Assembly: GCA_002269645.1 (NCBI GenBank)
Contig: NIVC01003770.1
Location: 13,715 to 77,714 of the forward strand
Length of the DNA stretch: 64,000 bases
Direction: 5' to 3'
From: Macrostomum lignano
Taxonomy: Eukaryota
Positions within the stretch are counted from its first letter, which is position 1, and every line of letters starts with the position of its first letter. Positions 11,693 to 24,696 of this stretch are shown here, piece after piece. Made by a program: the position numbers and the translations under genes. Under the pieces are notes generated by a model. The model saw only the letters and a program-made list of their open reading frames with translations. It did not search any database and was not told where the DNA came from.

Positions 11693-12185
11693 TGACACTA
11701 TCCCAGTCTTCACAACACTATCCCAGTCTTCACAACACTATCCCAGCATTCACAACATTATTTCAGCCTTCACAACACTATCCCAGCCTTCACAACACTA
11801 TCCCAACCTTCACAACACTTTGCCAGCCTTCAAAACCCTATCTCAGCCTTCAAAACACTATCCCAGCATTCACAACACTATCCCAGCCTTCACAACACTA
11901 TCCCAGCCTTCAAAACCCTATCTCAGCCTTCAAAACACTATTCCAGCATTCACAACACTATCCCAGCCTTCACAACACTATCCCAGCCTTCACAACACTA
12001 TCCCAGCCTTCACAACACTTTGCCAGCCTTCAAAACCCTATCTCAGGCTTCAAAACACTAACCCAGCATTCACAACACTATCCCAGCCTTCACAACACTA
12101 TCTAAGCCTTCAAAATACTATCCCAGCCTTAACAACAATATCTTAGCCTTCTAAACAATATCCCAGCCTTCACAACACTATCCAA
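11693..12185. repeat. 20-bp minisatellite (TCCCAGCCTTCACAACACTA)n
   Basis: Fills the intron between Cav1 exons 2 and 3. Confidence 0.95.
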
Positions 12186-12243
12186 AGCAAAGCAAAGCTC
12201 ACAGCAATTTTTTTACACAGAAAAGCTAGGAAAAAGCGCTCAC

Positions 12244-12349
12244 AAGAAAGGCGTTCACGTCGTTAGAGTCGGACTCCGGATACGGCGTGGTTGCCGCAAG
12301 GGCAACACAGTTGGCAAATATGGTTAACAGGATGATCACCTCGAAGGGC
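12244..12349 (-). CDS. Cav1: Cav1 exon 2 (IS1): [35 protein letters not shown]
   Basis: Translated by hand (not in the ORF track). Acceptor TTTTCAG|G, donor CTT|GTGAGC. Joins exon 1 as AA+G = Lys (DWK|PFE). Confidence 0.93.
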
Positions 12350-12471
12350 CTGAAAATTATCGAATAAATTGGCTTTGAATTAAAGATTGTAAGGTCGTTT
12401 ACTTCAAAGTTTTATTTCACATGGAGAAAATTTTTTTGAACATTAGTGTTAAATTTATTAGTATTTGAATG

Positions 12472-12963
12472 GTAGCCAGTGATGGTAGCTAGTGATGGTA
12501 GCTAGTGATGGTAGCTAGTGATGGTAGCTAGTGATGGTAGCTAGTGATGGTAGCTAGTGATGGTAGCTAGTGATGGTAGCTAGTGATGGTAGCCAGTGAC
12601 GGTAGCCAGTGATGGTAGCTAGTGATGGTAGCTAGTGATGGTAGCTAGTGATGGTAGCTAGTGACGGTAGCCAGTGACGGTAGCTAGTGATGGTAGTTAA
12701 AGATGGTAGATAGTGATGGTAGCTAGTGGCGGTATAGCTAGTGACGGTAGTTAAAGATGGTAGATAGTGATGGTAGCTAGTGACGGTAGCCAGTGACGGT
12801 AGCTAGTGATGGTAGTTAAAGATGGTAGATAGTGATGGTAGCTAGTGACGGTAGCCAGTGACGGTAGCTAGTGATGGTAGTTAAAGATGGTAGATAGTGA
12901 TGGTAGCTAGTGGCGGTATAGCTAGTGACGGTAGTTAAAGATGGTAGATAGTGATGGTAGCTA
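12472..12963. repeat. 13-bp minisatellite (GATGGTAGCTAGT)n
   Basis: Direct reading. Confidence 0.95.
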
Positions 12964-13489
12964 GTAAATATGTTAACGAGTTTAAGAATACACTCTGCTT
13001 TAGAGAGGCGGCTATGATTCTGAAGCACTTCTATAAATCAGCTGTACGAGCGTATTTTCACAACTAATTCAATCTCTCTTTTTCCGTATAGCTGACATGC
13101 TCAAAGGCATTGGGCGGCCTGTTTTCAGAAACCGAGGGGAAGCCAGAGCTGCCATGGTTAGTGCACTTGAGTACTCAATGACGACCCCTTATATAGCAGT
13201 GCCTTTGAAATGAGCGCAGCGCTTGAGCACAGGAGTTGTCCGGTGCAGTGCGAATATTGTCAAACTGGCTAGATTTATGGCCCGCAGCGAAAAGTGCACG
13301 TCGGGCTGCCGTCGAATCTGCCAGGTAATTAGCAGATGAAGAGGCACAGAGAGGCTGGAAACTGGAGACTGGGGAAAAGATGCACCTGGGAGAGAGGGCA
13401 TTGGGAAGTGAAATCAGATTGAAAAGATTGAAGAGATGGACAAGCTGCAATGAAAAGAAAGAGAAAGAATATAAGGGGATAATAACAGA

Positions 13490-14485
13490 GAGGGTATGAC
13501 TGAGAAGAGAGGGATAGGACCGAAAGGAGAGGGATAGGACCGAAAGGAGAGGGATAGGACCGAGAGGAGAGGGATAGGACCGAGAGGAGAGGGATAGGAC
13601 CGAGAGGAGAGGGATATGACAGAGAGGAGAGGGATAGGACCGAGAGGAGAGGGATAGGACCGAGAGGAGAGGGATAGGACCGAGAGGAGAGGGATAGGAC
13701 CGAGAGGAGAGGGACATGACCGAGAGGAGAGGGATATGACCGAGAGGAGAGGGATATGACCGAGAGGAGAAGGATAGGACCGAGAGGAGAGGGATATGAC
13801 CGAGAGGAGAGGGATAGGACCGAGAGGAGAAGGATATGACCGAGAGGAGAGGGATATGACTGACAGGAGAGGGATATGACTGACAGGAGAGCGATATGAC
13901 CGAGAGGAGAGGGAAATGACCGAGAGGAGAGGGATATGACCGAGAGGAGAGGGATATGACCGAGAGGAGAGGGATATGACCGAGAGGAGAGGGATAGGAC
14001 TGAGAGGAGAGGGGTAGGACCGAGAGGAGAGGGATAGGACCGAGAGGAGAGGGATATGACAGAGAGGAGAGGGATGTGACCGAGAGGAGAGGGATATGAC
14101 CGAGAGGAGAGGGATATGACCGAGAGGAGAGGGATATGACCGAGAGGAGAGGGATATGACCGAGAGGAGAGGGATATGACCGAGAGGAGAGGGATATGAC
14201 CGAGAGGAGAGGGATATGACCGAGAGGAGAGGGATATGACCGAGAGGAGAGGGATATGACCGAGAAGAGAGGGATATGACCGAGAGGAGAGGGATATAAC
14301 CGAGAGGAGAGGGATATGACCGAGAGGAGAGGGATATGACCGAGAAGAGAGGGATATGACCGAGAGGAGAGGGATATGACCGAGAGGAGAGGGATATGAC
14401 CGAGAAGAGAGGAATATGACCAAGAGGAGAGGGATATGACCGAGAGGAGAGGGAGATGACAGAGGAGAGGGAGATGACAGAGAGA
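13490..14485. repeat. 20-bp purine-rich minisatellite (GAGAGGAGAGGGATATGACC)n
   Basis: Direct reading. Confidence 0.95.
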
Positions 14486-15816
14486 GAGGTTGGTTATCAA
14501 GACAGAGATGCAGGCAAAGGCTGTTCAATATGCTTGAATGTTGACATTAATCAGATTTAAATATCGACTCAATTAAGACTGGAAGCAATGCCGTTGTTGA
14601 GTCAACGCATTACGGCAAATCTGATTGAGCAACAGCATGGGACAAGGTACTGCCCCAGTGTAACTAGCCATCAGGATGGGAATTTGACACTGGGAAGGCA
14701 ATTTAGGGTGAGGCTTGAGTCGTGATCGAATTTAAAGCTTTCCCCAACCTTCACAGACCCCGCTCAGACCCCCCACCCCCGTCCAGGCTTGAAAAATAAT
14801 AGCAAAGCAAAAGCGATGGAGGGGAGGTGCGAGACAAACACGAGAGGAGAAGCTCAGTGCCGCCTGCTGACTAGAGTGGCAGTGGGGTCTCTATAGGGAT
14901 CTTGTATTTCAAGCCCAGAGGTAATCCCAAGGCCAGTCCCCGAGGGGGGGGGACCCTACCGTCTTCAGCTTGAAATTTATCTCTGAGTTTCAATTTTATA
15001 AGACTTGATGAAGATGGAGAGAGAGAGAGAGGGGTGGAGATCGGCTCATCAAAGTGTGAATCGGATTAGCCTATAATATGCGCTGGGCTGGGGGGTTGAG
15101 AACCTAATAGTTGGGCAGGCTAGCGGGCGCGTTCGCAGTGCCGAGAGCTTGAATTTGGCCTAAATAGCCGAAGACAGACGGAGTCCCGGCAGAGAGTATA
15201 GAAAGGGGAGAGGAGGGAATTGCCCGAGACTTCCGACTCTCTCTCTCTCTCTCTCTCGCTAGTTCTTGCGCATTTATTTTCTGCGGGAGCATAGCCAGCA
15301 ACGCAGCGCCTTGGGGGGGGGAAGGTTTGAGGAGGGAAGTCAAATTTTCTGAGCATAGCAAAAAATCGCCCAAGACCGCGCGCACTCTCTCGGCTTTCCC
15401 GGCTCTGCCGTATGCAATAAGCCAGGAGCAGCAATAGGAGATCGAGAACAAAAATTGTGCCAGCGGGAGAAGAGCGAGTGCATGCCAGTAAGAAGTCTTC
15501 AAGGCCGACGAGGAGTTCAGGGCGGGAGACCCCAGGAGATCCCATGAAAAAGCTTTGGCTGTCGCCAAGTCGAAATTGGAGATATTTTTCCTCTTGGGCA
15601 GTGCAGCTCTGCTCTGCCCCTTCTTCCCCTCACAGTCCTCTGGGGCGGCCTGTCTGCTTTGGCCTGGGTTGTACGGCGGCAAATCTGACCAAAGCATTTG
15701 TCTCAGCTATTGACTGCGGGCGGTGCAGACAACTGTAATAAGAAGCTGTCAAGACAGGGTGGCGACAGCGCACAGTTCAAACAAGGGGCTGACAGGTGCT
15801 TGTAAACTTTTACAGC

Positions 15817-16752
15817 ACTGACTGACTGACTGACTGACTGACTGACTGACTGACTGACTGACTGACTGACTGACTGACTGACTGACTGACTGACTGACTG
15901 ACTGACTGACTGACTGACTGACTGACTGACTGACTGACTGACTGACTGACTGACTGACTGACTGACTGACTGACTGACTGACTGACTGACTGACTGACTG
16001 ACTGACTGACTGACTGACTGACTGACTGACTGACTGACTGACTGACTGACTGACTGACTGACTGACTGACTGACTGACTGACTGACTGACTGACTGACTG
16101 ACTGACTGACTGACTGACTGACTGACTGACTGACTGACTGACTGACTGACTGACTGACTGACTGACTGACTGACTGACTGACTGACTGACTGACTGACTG
16201 ACTGACTGACTGACTGACTGACTGACTGACTGACTGACTGACTGACTGACTGACTGACTGACTGACTGACTGACTGACTGACTGACTGACTGACTGACTG
16301 ACTGACTGACTGACTGACTGACTGACTGACTGACTGACTGACTGACTGACTGACTGACTGACTGACTGACTGACTGACTGACTGACTGACTGACTGACTG
16401 ACTGACTGACTGACTGACTGACTGACTGACTGACTGACTGACTGACTGACTGACTGACTGACTGACTGACTGACTGACTGACTGACTGACTGACTGACTG
16501 ACTGACTGACTGACTGACTGACTGACTGACTGACTGACTGACTGACTGACTGACTGACTGACTGACTGACTGACTGACTGACTGACTGACTGACTGACTG
16601 ACTGACTGACTGACTGACTGACTGACTGACTGACTGACTGACTGACTGACTGACTGACTGACTGACTGACTGACTGACTGACTGACTGACTGACTGACTG
16701 ACTGACTGACTGACTGACTGACTGACTGACTGACTGACTGACTGACTGACTG
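15817..16752. repeat. Uninterrupted (ACTG)n microsatellite, about 234 units
   Basis: Direct reading. Source of the 'SQSV' ORFs. Confidence 0.99.
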
Positions 16753-17194
16753 CTCAATCATTAGCCGAATAAGCGGCAGACTACTCAGTAACTCTGCGCG
16801 AGCAGCTTCGGGGATGCAGAGGAGAATTCATTGGTCAGTTTTGAACGGTTTACAGAGAGGATCGGAGAGGGAAGGGCGGAATGGCTAAACGAGGCCCTGG
16901 GGGGACAGCGCTGACTGCTATAGAAATGGAAGCCCATGATCGATAGATGAGCGGGGAGATTGATTAGATGAGGTGGGGAAAGAAAACTCGAGACAGACTG
17001 GGACGCAGTGAAAAAAAAACAAATGGAAGAGGCAGCCAGAATTCATCTTACAATTTAGTGTCAGATTCATTCAGTATAAATCGCTTAAAAACTAACTATA
17101 ACAATAAAAAACAATTCCATTCAGTGAAGACACTCTTGATGGCAACAAATTACGCAGTTTTAGAATTGCTGTTACGGAGTGATAGAATGACAGT

Positions 17195-17835
17195 AAAAGA
17201 GGAGTGACAGAATCGCATTGAGAGAGGAGTGACAGAATCGCAGTAAGAGAGGAGTGACAGAATCGCAGTGAGAGAGGAGTGACAGAATCACAGTGAGAGC
17301 GGAGTGACAGAATCGCATGAAAGTGGAGTGAGAGTGAGAGAATCGCAGTGAGAGAGGAGTGACAGAATCGCAGTGAGAGTGGAGTGACAGAATCGCAGTA
17401 AGAGAGGAGTGAGAGAATCGCAGTGAGAGAGGAGTGACAGAATCGCAGTGAGAGTAGAGTGAGAGAATCGCAGTGAGAGAGGAGTGACAGAATCGCAGTG
17501 AGAGAGAAGTGACAGAATCGCAGTAAGAGAGGAGTGACAGAATCGCAGTGAGAGAGGAGTGACAGAATCGCAGTGAGAGTAGAGTGAGAGAATCGCAGTG
17601 AGAGAGGAGTGACAGAATCGCAGTGAGAGAGAAGTGACAGAATCGCAGTGAGAGAGAAGTGACAGAATCGCAGTAAGAGAGGAGTGACAGAATCGCAGTG
17701 AGAGAGGAGTGACAGAATCGCAGTGAGAGAGGAGTGACAGAATCGCAGTGGGAGAGGAGTGACAGAATCGCAGTAAGAGAGGAGTGACAGAATCGCAGTG
17801 AGAGAGGAGTGACAGAATCGCAGAAACAGGGTGAC
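17195..17835. repeat. 25-bp minisatellite (GAGAGGAGTGACAGAATCGCAGTGA)n
   Basis: Direct reading. Confidence 0.95.
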
Positions 17836-18354
17836 AGAATCTCACAGGGAGAATTTGAGGGGCTAAAAACATGAACGAACTGAAAAGTGCAGGGAGATAT
17901 TCGGACGTGAGGGCGGGATGCCGTGCACCTGATTCAATTTCGCTTGAAGGGTGCGCTTGGAGGGCGGTGGACTGCGGAAAATTTCCCCGATTCTGGCACG
18001 TACAGAGACTGCAGTCCTTCTTTGGAGAAAAATTTCTCTGGCTTGAGTTAGAGAAGTACCGCGGAGAGGGGAAAATTGGGAGTTGGGTTGGGTTGCCAAT
18101 CATGAGATGAGAATGGGATGGAGAATTCCTCCTGCGGTACCAGCAAATTGGGTTCCAGTGTGCGGGAAAAGTTCGTTCGTCATCAAAACTGTCTTCACTA
18201 TTTAGTCATTCTTTTATCATTTTTGTGCCGCTACGCACTGAGCTTTAACTTGTGCCGGGCGGGATAATAGGGCTATTAAGTTAACATGATTTTCGCTTTT
18301 AAGATGAGATTCAGTATCAGTCTGATCAGATGCGTTATCACGTTGATTATATTC

Positions 18355-18772
18355 CATCAAGCTGACATGATATCATCAAACTGACATGATATCATCAAGC
18401 TAACATGACCCTATCAATCTGACATGATTACCATCAAGCTGACAAAATTGCCATCAAGCTGACACGATACAATCAATCTGACATAATTACCATTAAGCTG
18501 ACATAATTACTATCAAGCTGACAAAATTACCATCCATCTGACATAATTACCATCAATCTGACATAATTACCATCAAGCTGACATAATTACCATCCATCTG
18601 ACATAATTACCATCAAGCTGACATAATTACCATCAAGCTGACATAATTACCATCAAGCTGACATGATACCATCAATTTGACATAATTACCATCAAGCTGA
18701 CATGATAGTTGATACCAACAAGCTGACATGATACCATCAATCTGACACAATTACCATCAAGCTGACATGATA
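18355..18772. repeat. 20-bp minisatellite (CATCAAGCTGACATAATTAC)n
   Basis: Direct reading. Confidence 0.92.
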
Positions 18773-18836
18773 CCCCTGTACACCTACACCGACACTTAAT
18801 GACGACATCTATAGCAATAGAAAGGCTTCAACTCAC

Positions 18837-19417
18837 TTCCAGTCGACCAATCGAATGATAATCTTGCGCACAGGATTATTGATTGACAGGCAGAACAGCA
18901 CCCGATTTGGCCTGCGGTCCTTTGGCTCCGTCCGGACCTGTCGTTGGGCGCCAGACCGGCGCTGCTGCTGACTCTGCGCCAGCAGAGCCGTCATCGCCAC
19001 AGACATCAGGTCGTTTGCTGGCGGGGCGGCGGCTGCGGCAGCGGCGGATACTACAGCTGAATTGGGCTGGCCATGCAGGCGTTCTGGCGGCTGCAGCGAT
19101 GAGGACGCATTTCTGCTGACTGACGGATCAAAGCAAGCGCTAGGGCGAAGCGCCGCCGATTGCTGCTGCTGCTGTGGTAGTTGTTGCTGTTTCTGAACTG
19201 ATTGCAGTGACTGTCGCCCTTGAGGGCATCTGCGACTACTGCTAACCTCTTTCTGATTTTGCTGCCTCTTCTTCGACTGTTGTTGTTGCGACTGTTGTTG
19301 CCTCTGCTGGTTGCCCGGTCCGCCGCTGACAACAGTTCTGTTTCTGTCGTTGCTGTTGTTGCTGCCGCTTGCCTGTTCAGCGCGCGGTCGGGTTTTCCCT
19401 CGGGACGGCCGATCCAT
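18837..19417 (-). CDS. Cav1: L-type voltage-gated calcium channel alpha-1 (Cav1), exon 1: Q/A-rich cytoplasmic N-terminus
   Basis: ATG at 19417. Ends ...RPNRVLFCLSINNPVRKIIIRLVDWK, matching the Cav pre-IS1 motif (human Cav1.2 [23 protein letters not shown]). Donor AA|GTGAGT at 18837/18836, phase 2. The start codon is inferred. Confidence 0.85.
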
Positions 19418-19900
19418 GGAGGAAAGGAGAGCGAGAAGGGGGGCGGCGCAACTCGCCCCGCGTGCGACCGACCGCTCGCGGCTGGGGTGGGGGCCGGCTG
19501 CGGAGGTTGGGGTGGGTGTGAATTGGTCGGGCGAAAGTTAAAGGGGGGTTTGGCTGGGCTGGGGTGGGAGAGTTGAGGTTATCTTGGCCTCAACTGCCCA
19601 GCCCATGGGGGCCTGGAAGGGTGCCGTGCCTCAGCCAATCAGAGCCGAGGGGGTGGAGTTGAGTGACGATCAAAAGCGCTACGGCCTTTCTTGCACTGTT
19701 TTGTTGTACCCTTCGCCTCCCCCAGACAGAGGCCACGCACGGATAGGGAGAGGGGAGGGAACAGAGGAAAGGAACAACAGTGCGCTTTTGCCCTATACGA
19801 CAGCGAAGCCGGGGGGGGGGGCGATTCACCTCAAAGCTGCGCTGCACAATGAACGAGGGTCAGCCAACCGAGGGTGACTCTCCACCGATTGCCAATCACG
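19418..19900 (-). promoter_or_regulatory. GC-rich region upstream of the Cav1 start codon; probable 5' UTR or proximal promoter
   Basis: High G/C and CpG content with a CCAAT box (CAGCCAATCAG near 19633). Assignment rests on position only. Confidence 0.3.
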
Positions 19901-20825
19901 TTTTTTTTCTTGGCCGACGGCCCAGAATACTATCGCATTGCGCAAATTAATGGTGTAAGTTGTTGAATAGAATACATACGCTCGTACACATGGTAGCAAT
20001 AAAATTGTACATTGTGTGCATGGGAAGAGTCATATAGATTTTTTACTTCATGGGATCTTTTATGCTTGTTTGTAAACTTACTACACTTAGTAAAAAATTG
20101 CGTACTTTCTGATTTTCAAGTTTGAAGAAGTATATTATGAGGCAGTATTGATGCTTCAGACTTGACTTACTATCAAATTTCTCACCCTAGCTCCCTTGCC
20201 TCATCACTCTATCTCAGTCTTGCCTTCAGAATCTTCCCCACAGCACAGCAACTTGAGTGCACTTTTAAAGGCGATAAAAGCGCCCGGCTGTATTGAGGAT
20301 TAGGATGGGAAGTTATACTAACACACGCAGTGTGATCCGACTTAAGCGTTATCTAGGATGCCGGGGGCTTCGGTCGAGAGATCCTCATTCTCTCTCCTTT
20401 CCTCCCCCGCGCTCCAGCATTTGTATTGCAGGGATTTGTTAGAGAAATCCTCAACGCTGTTGCTCCCGGGCGGCCTCTCCAGCTGACAGAGAGGCCCAGG
20501 CCGCCAGCCCGTCACCCAGGCTGCACACATAATGGGATGCGATGCCTCCCCGCTTCTAGTTCAGCAGCTACCGCAGCAGTTCGGGCTGTAGTTTGTGGTT
20601 GGGAAAAGATTTCTGCAATTATCCCTTAGCCTGAGATTAGCGCCGCCCAGTGAGCTCTGACCGAACGCCTATTTAGCTGCCACCAGCTGTCGGTTTCTAG
20701 GGATAAATTTGACAGTTCCTACTCGAGTTTTAGAAGCGAAGAGGCATGCATAGTTATCGGAATTTATTTCCCTGCAGACAATCTAAAAATCTAAATTAGT
20801 TCGCTATATTATCCGGGAAATATGG

Positions 20826-22462
20826 AATCTCACTGACTGGGATCTCACTGACTGGGATCTCACTGACTGGAATCTCACTGACTGGGATCTCACTGACTGG
20901 GGATCTGACTGACTGGGATCTCACTGACTGGGATCTGACTGACTGGGATCTCACTGACTGGGATCTGACTGACTGGGATCTCACTGACTGGGATCTCACT
21001 GACTGGGATCTCACTGACTGGGATCTGACTGACTGGGATCTGACTGACTGGGATCTCACTGACTGGGATCTCACTGACTGGGATCTCACTGACTGGGATC
21101 TCACTGACTGGGATCTCACTGACTGGGATCTCACTGACTGGGATCTCACTGACTGGGATCTGACTGACTGGGATCTCACTGACTGGGATCTCACTGACTG
21201 GGATCTCACTGACTGGGATCTCACTGACTGGGATCTCACTGACTGGGATCTCACTGACTGGGATCTCACTGACTGGGATCTCACTGACTGGGATCTCACT
21301 GACTGGGATCTCACTGACTGGGATCTCACTGACTGGGATCTCACTGACTGGGATCTCACTGACTGGGATCTCACTGTCGACTGGGATCTCACTGACTGAG
21401 ATCTCACTGACTGGGATCTCACTGACTGGGGATCTGACTGACTGGGATCTCACTGACTGGGATCTGACTGACTGGGATCTCACTGACTGGGATCTCACTG
21501 ACTGGGATCTCACTGACTGGGATCTGACTGACTGGGATCTGACTGACTGGGATCTCACTGACTGGGATCTCACTGACTGGGATCTCACTGACTGGGATCT
21601 CACTGACTGGGATCTGACTGACTGGGATCTCACTGACTGGGATCTCACTGACTGGGATCTCACTGACTGGGATCTCACTGACTGGGATCTCACTGACTGG
21701 GATCTCACTGACTGGGATCTCACTGACTGGGATCTCACTGACTGGGATCTCACTGACTGGGATCTCACTGACTGGGATCTCACTGACTGGGATCTCACTG
21801 TCGACTGGGATCTCACTGACTGAGATCTCACTGACTGGGATCTCACTGACTGGGGATCTGACTGACTGGGATCTCACTGACTGGGATCTGACTGACTGGG
21901 ATCTCACTGACTGGGATCTCACTGACTGGGGATCTCACTGACTGGGATCTCACTGACTGGGGATCTCACTGACTGGGATCTGACTGACTGGGATCTCACT
22001 GACTGGGATCTCACTGACTGGGGATCTCACTGACTGGGATCTCACTGACTGGGATCTCACTGACTGGGATCTCACTGACTGGGATCTCACTGACTGGGAT
22101 CTCACTGACTGGGATCTCACTGACTGGGGATCTCACTGACTGGGATCTCACTGACTGGGGATCTCACTGACTGGGATCTGACTGACTGGGATCTCACTGA
22201 CTGGGGATCTCACTGACTGGGATCTGACTGACTGGGATCTCACTGACTGGGATCTCACTGACTGGGGATCTCACTGACTGGGATCTCACTGACTGGGATT
22301 TCACTGACTGGGATCTCACTGACTGGGGATCTCACTGACTGGGATCTGACTGACTGGGATCTGACTGACTGGGATTTCACTGACTGGGATCTCACTGACT
22401 GGGGATCTCACTGACTGAGATCTCACTGTCGACTGGGATATCACTGACTGAGATCTCACTCA
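20826..22462. repeat. 15-bp minisatellite (GACTGGGATCTCACT)n with higher-order structure
   Basis: Direct reading. Rare variants recur at 424-bp spacing. Confidence 0.97.
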
Positions 22463-22811
22463 CTAATTGATTCACTATTAACGAGAAATAACTCGTGATA
22501 GAAAGCGATTGTTTTTTTTCGTTGCACATGCAACTGTCATTTTGATATCTTGCGGTCTATCTGAAACCCTGGGTCCCTACTGCAGTTTTGCTTAACTCGG
22601 TCAACTATAATAATAATATATCAGTTTCTTTCGCCGAAATTTATTGCGAAAGAAAAATTCAAGACTTCGCAATCCGCAGGGGCTGAATTCCAGTGGTCGA
22701 ACTTTAAGTTCTGCTTTTTTCTGTCTGACTCTGCTTTGCAAGCTGGCGTTCTTATGAAATGTACTTTGCATGCTTTATGTGTAATTTTATTGAAGAAATA
22801 GAATGCATTCC

Positions 22812-23575
22812 TAATCTAGAATGGATTGCTAATCTAGAATGGATTGCTAATCTAGAATGGATTGCTAATCTAGCATGGATTGCTAATCTAGAATGGATTG
22901 CTAATCTAGAATGGATTGCTAATCTAGAATGGATTGCTAATCTAGAATGGATTGCTAATCTAGAATGGATTGCTAATCTAGAATGGATTGCTAATCTAGA
23001 ATGGATTGCTAATCTAGAATGGATTGCTAATCTAGAATGGATTGCTAATCTAGAATGGATTGCTAATCTAGAATGGATTGCTAATCTAGAATGGATTGCT
23101 AATCTAGAATGGATTGCTAATCTAGAATGGATTGCTAATCTAGAATGGATTGCTAATCTAGAATGGATTGCTAATCTAGAATGGATTGCTAATCTAGAAT
23201 GGATTGCTAATCTAGAATGGATTGCTAATCTAGAATGGATTGCTAATCTAGAATGGATTGCTAATCTAGAATGGATTGCTAATCTAGAATGGATTGCTAA
23301 TCTAGAATGGATTGCTAATCTAGAATGGATTGCTAATCTAGAATGGATTGCTAATCTAGAATGGATTGCTAATCTAGAATGGATTGCTAATCTAGAATGG
23401 ATTGCTAATCTAGAATGGATTGCTAATCTAGAATGGATTGCTAATCTAGAATGGATTGCTAATCTAGAATGGATTGCTAATCTAGAATGGATTGCTAATC
23501 TAGAATGGATTGCTAATCTAGAATGGATTGCTAATCTAGAATGGATTGCTAATCTAGCATGGATTGCTAATCCAG
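22812..23575. repeat. 18-bp minisatellite (AATCTAGAATGGATTGCT)n, near-perfect
   Basis: Direct reading. Confidence 0.98.
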
Positions 23576-24696
23576 CTAAAGTCAAGTGAAGGAATAGAAT
23601 GGATTGCTAATCTAGCCAAAGTCAAGTGAAGGAATAGAATGGATTGCTAATCCAGCCCACGCAGTTGAGGGAACAGAATGAACTGCATAATTTTTTGTTT
23701 TATTTCGGCGGAACCGTTCAGTACTGCATCTTGGCTGGTTGTATATTTACAATCCTGATGCATTCTGTTTGAAGAAAAATGTCTTAGCCCAAGAGTAACC
23801 GGTCCGATCTCTGCCCCAATATTGCCGAATGCAACTGTGTAACTTCCCGAGTGCTTTATTGCCCGACGGGAGGCATTTAGGCCGGTAAAGCATGGCAGGT
23901 CCAGTTGGGCAGGGGAAGGCGAGGGCTCTCGTCTTTGGCGGTGCGCGCTCTCCATTTACGATGCAACAGATACTGCATAGAGGGAACATGCGGCATTAGA
24001 CTTTTAGGCGGGACGGGGGCCGAACACTTGGAAAGGATTGTATAAAAAGGCTTCTGCGTCCACCCTTCGAGCGATGACTTGCGGATGCCGCAGAAATGAT
24101 GCAGCACCGAGAGGCTGGCCCTGCAGGTCTAGGCTAGCTTGGAGCTTGGAGCTGGATTCCCATATAGATGGGGTGAAATTAGGCGGGGCAGGGGGGGGCA
24201 CGGGGGGCAGGGGGTCTCGACTTTGCCTCCTCCAGGTTTTTGGATGCGTCCAAAGAATCGCGTGTCGGAGGCAATCAATAGTGTCTGGGGGGGAGTGAGA
24301 TGAAGGACAGGAGGGCGAATCATACCAGCTGCCGCGTTGTCTGGCGCGGTGGCATTTCCGAATGCTCCACGCAGTTCACCTCGAACCCTCGCAGCTGCCC
24401 CAGGCTGGGCCACCATCCCTATCCTTTGGAACATGGCTTACCTGCACCCCAATATTTCCTCCTCTGTCCTCTCTCTCCCTCCTCATGACCTGGCAACTTC
24501 TGTTTGACTTACCAACAGAAAAAGTCAGTGTGTGCGCGCATCCCGGGAAATCGAGGGTGAAGAGGGGATGGGTGTAGACAGTTGCTTTTAGTCTTCTTGT
24601 GTTTCACCTAGCAAGAGAATGCAGCCATGCACTTTTGCTGGGCGAATACTGGACTGCACACATTGATGGTGTATTGGTTCCCAGATGCGAACCCTA

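Noticed and set aside
13091-13324. Plus-strand acceptor/donor pair inside Cav1 intron 1
   Set aside because: All three frames contain stops and there is no supporting partner exon.
15104-15738. Overlapping 93-197 aa ORFs in GC-rich non-repeat DNA (similar ones at 23647-24577, 28222-28530, 29377-29663, 32959-33520)
   Set aside because: No recognisable domains or consistent splice signals; expected by chance in GC-rich sequence.
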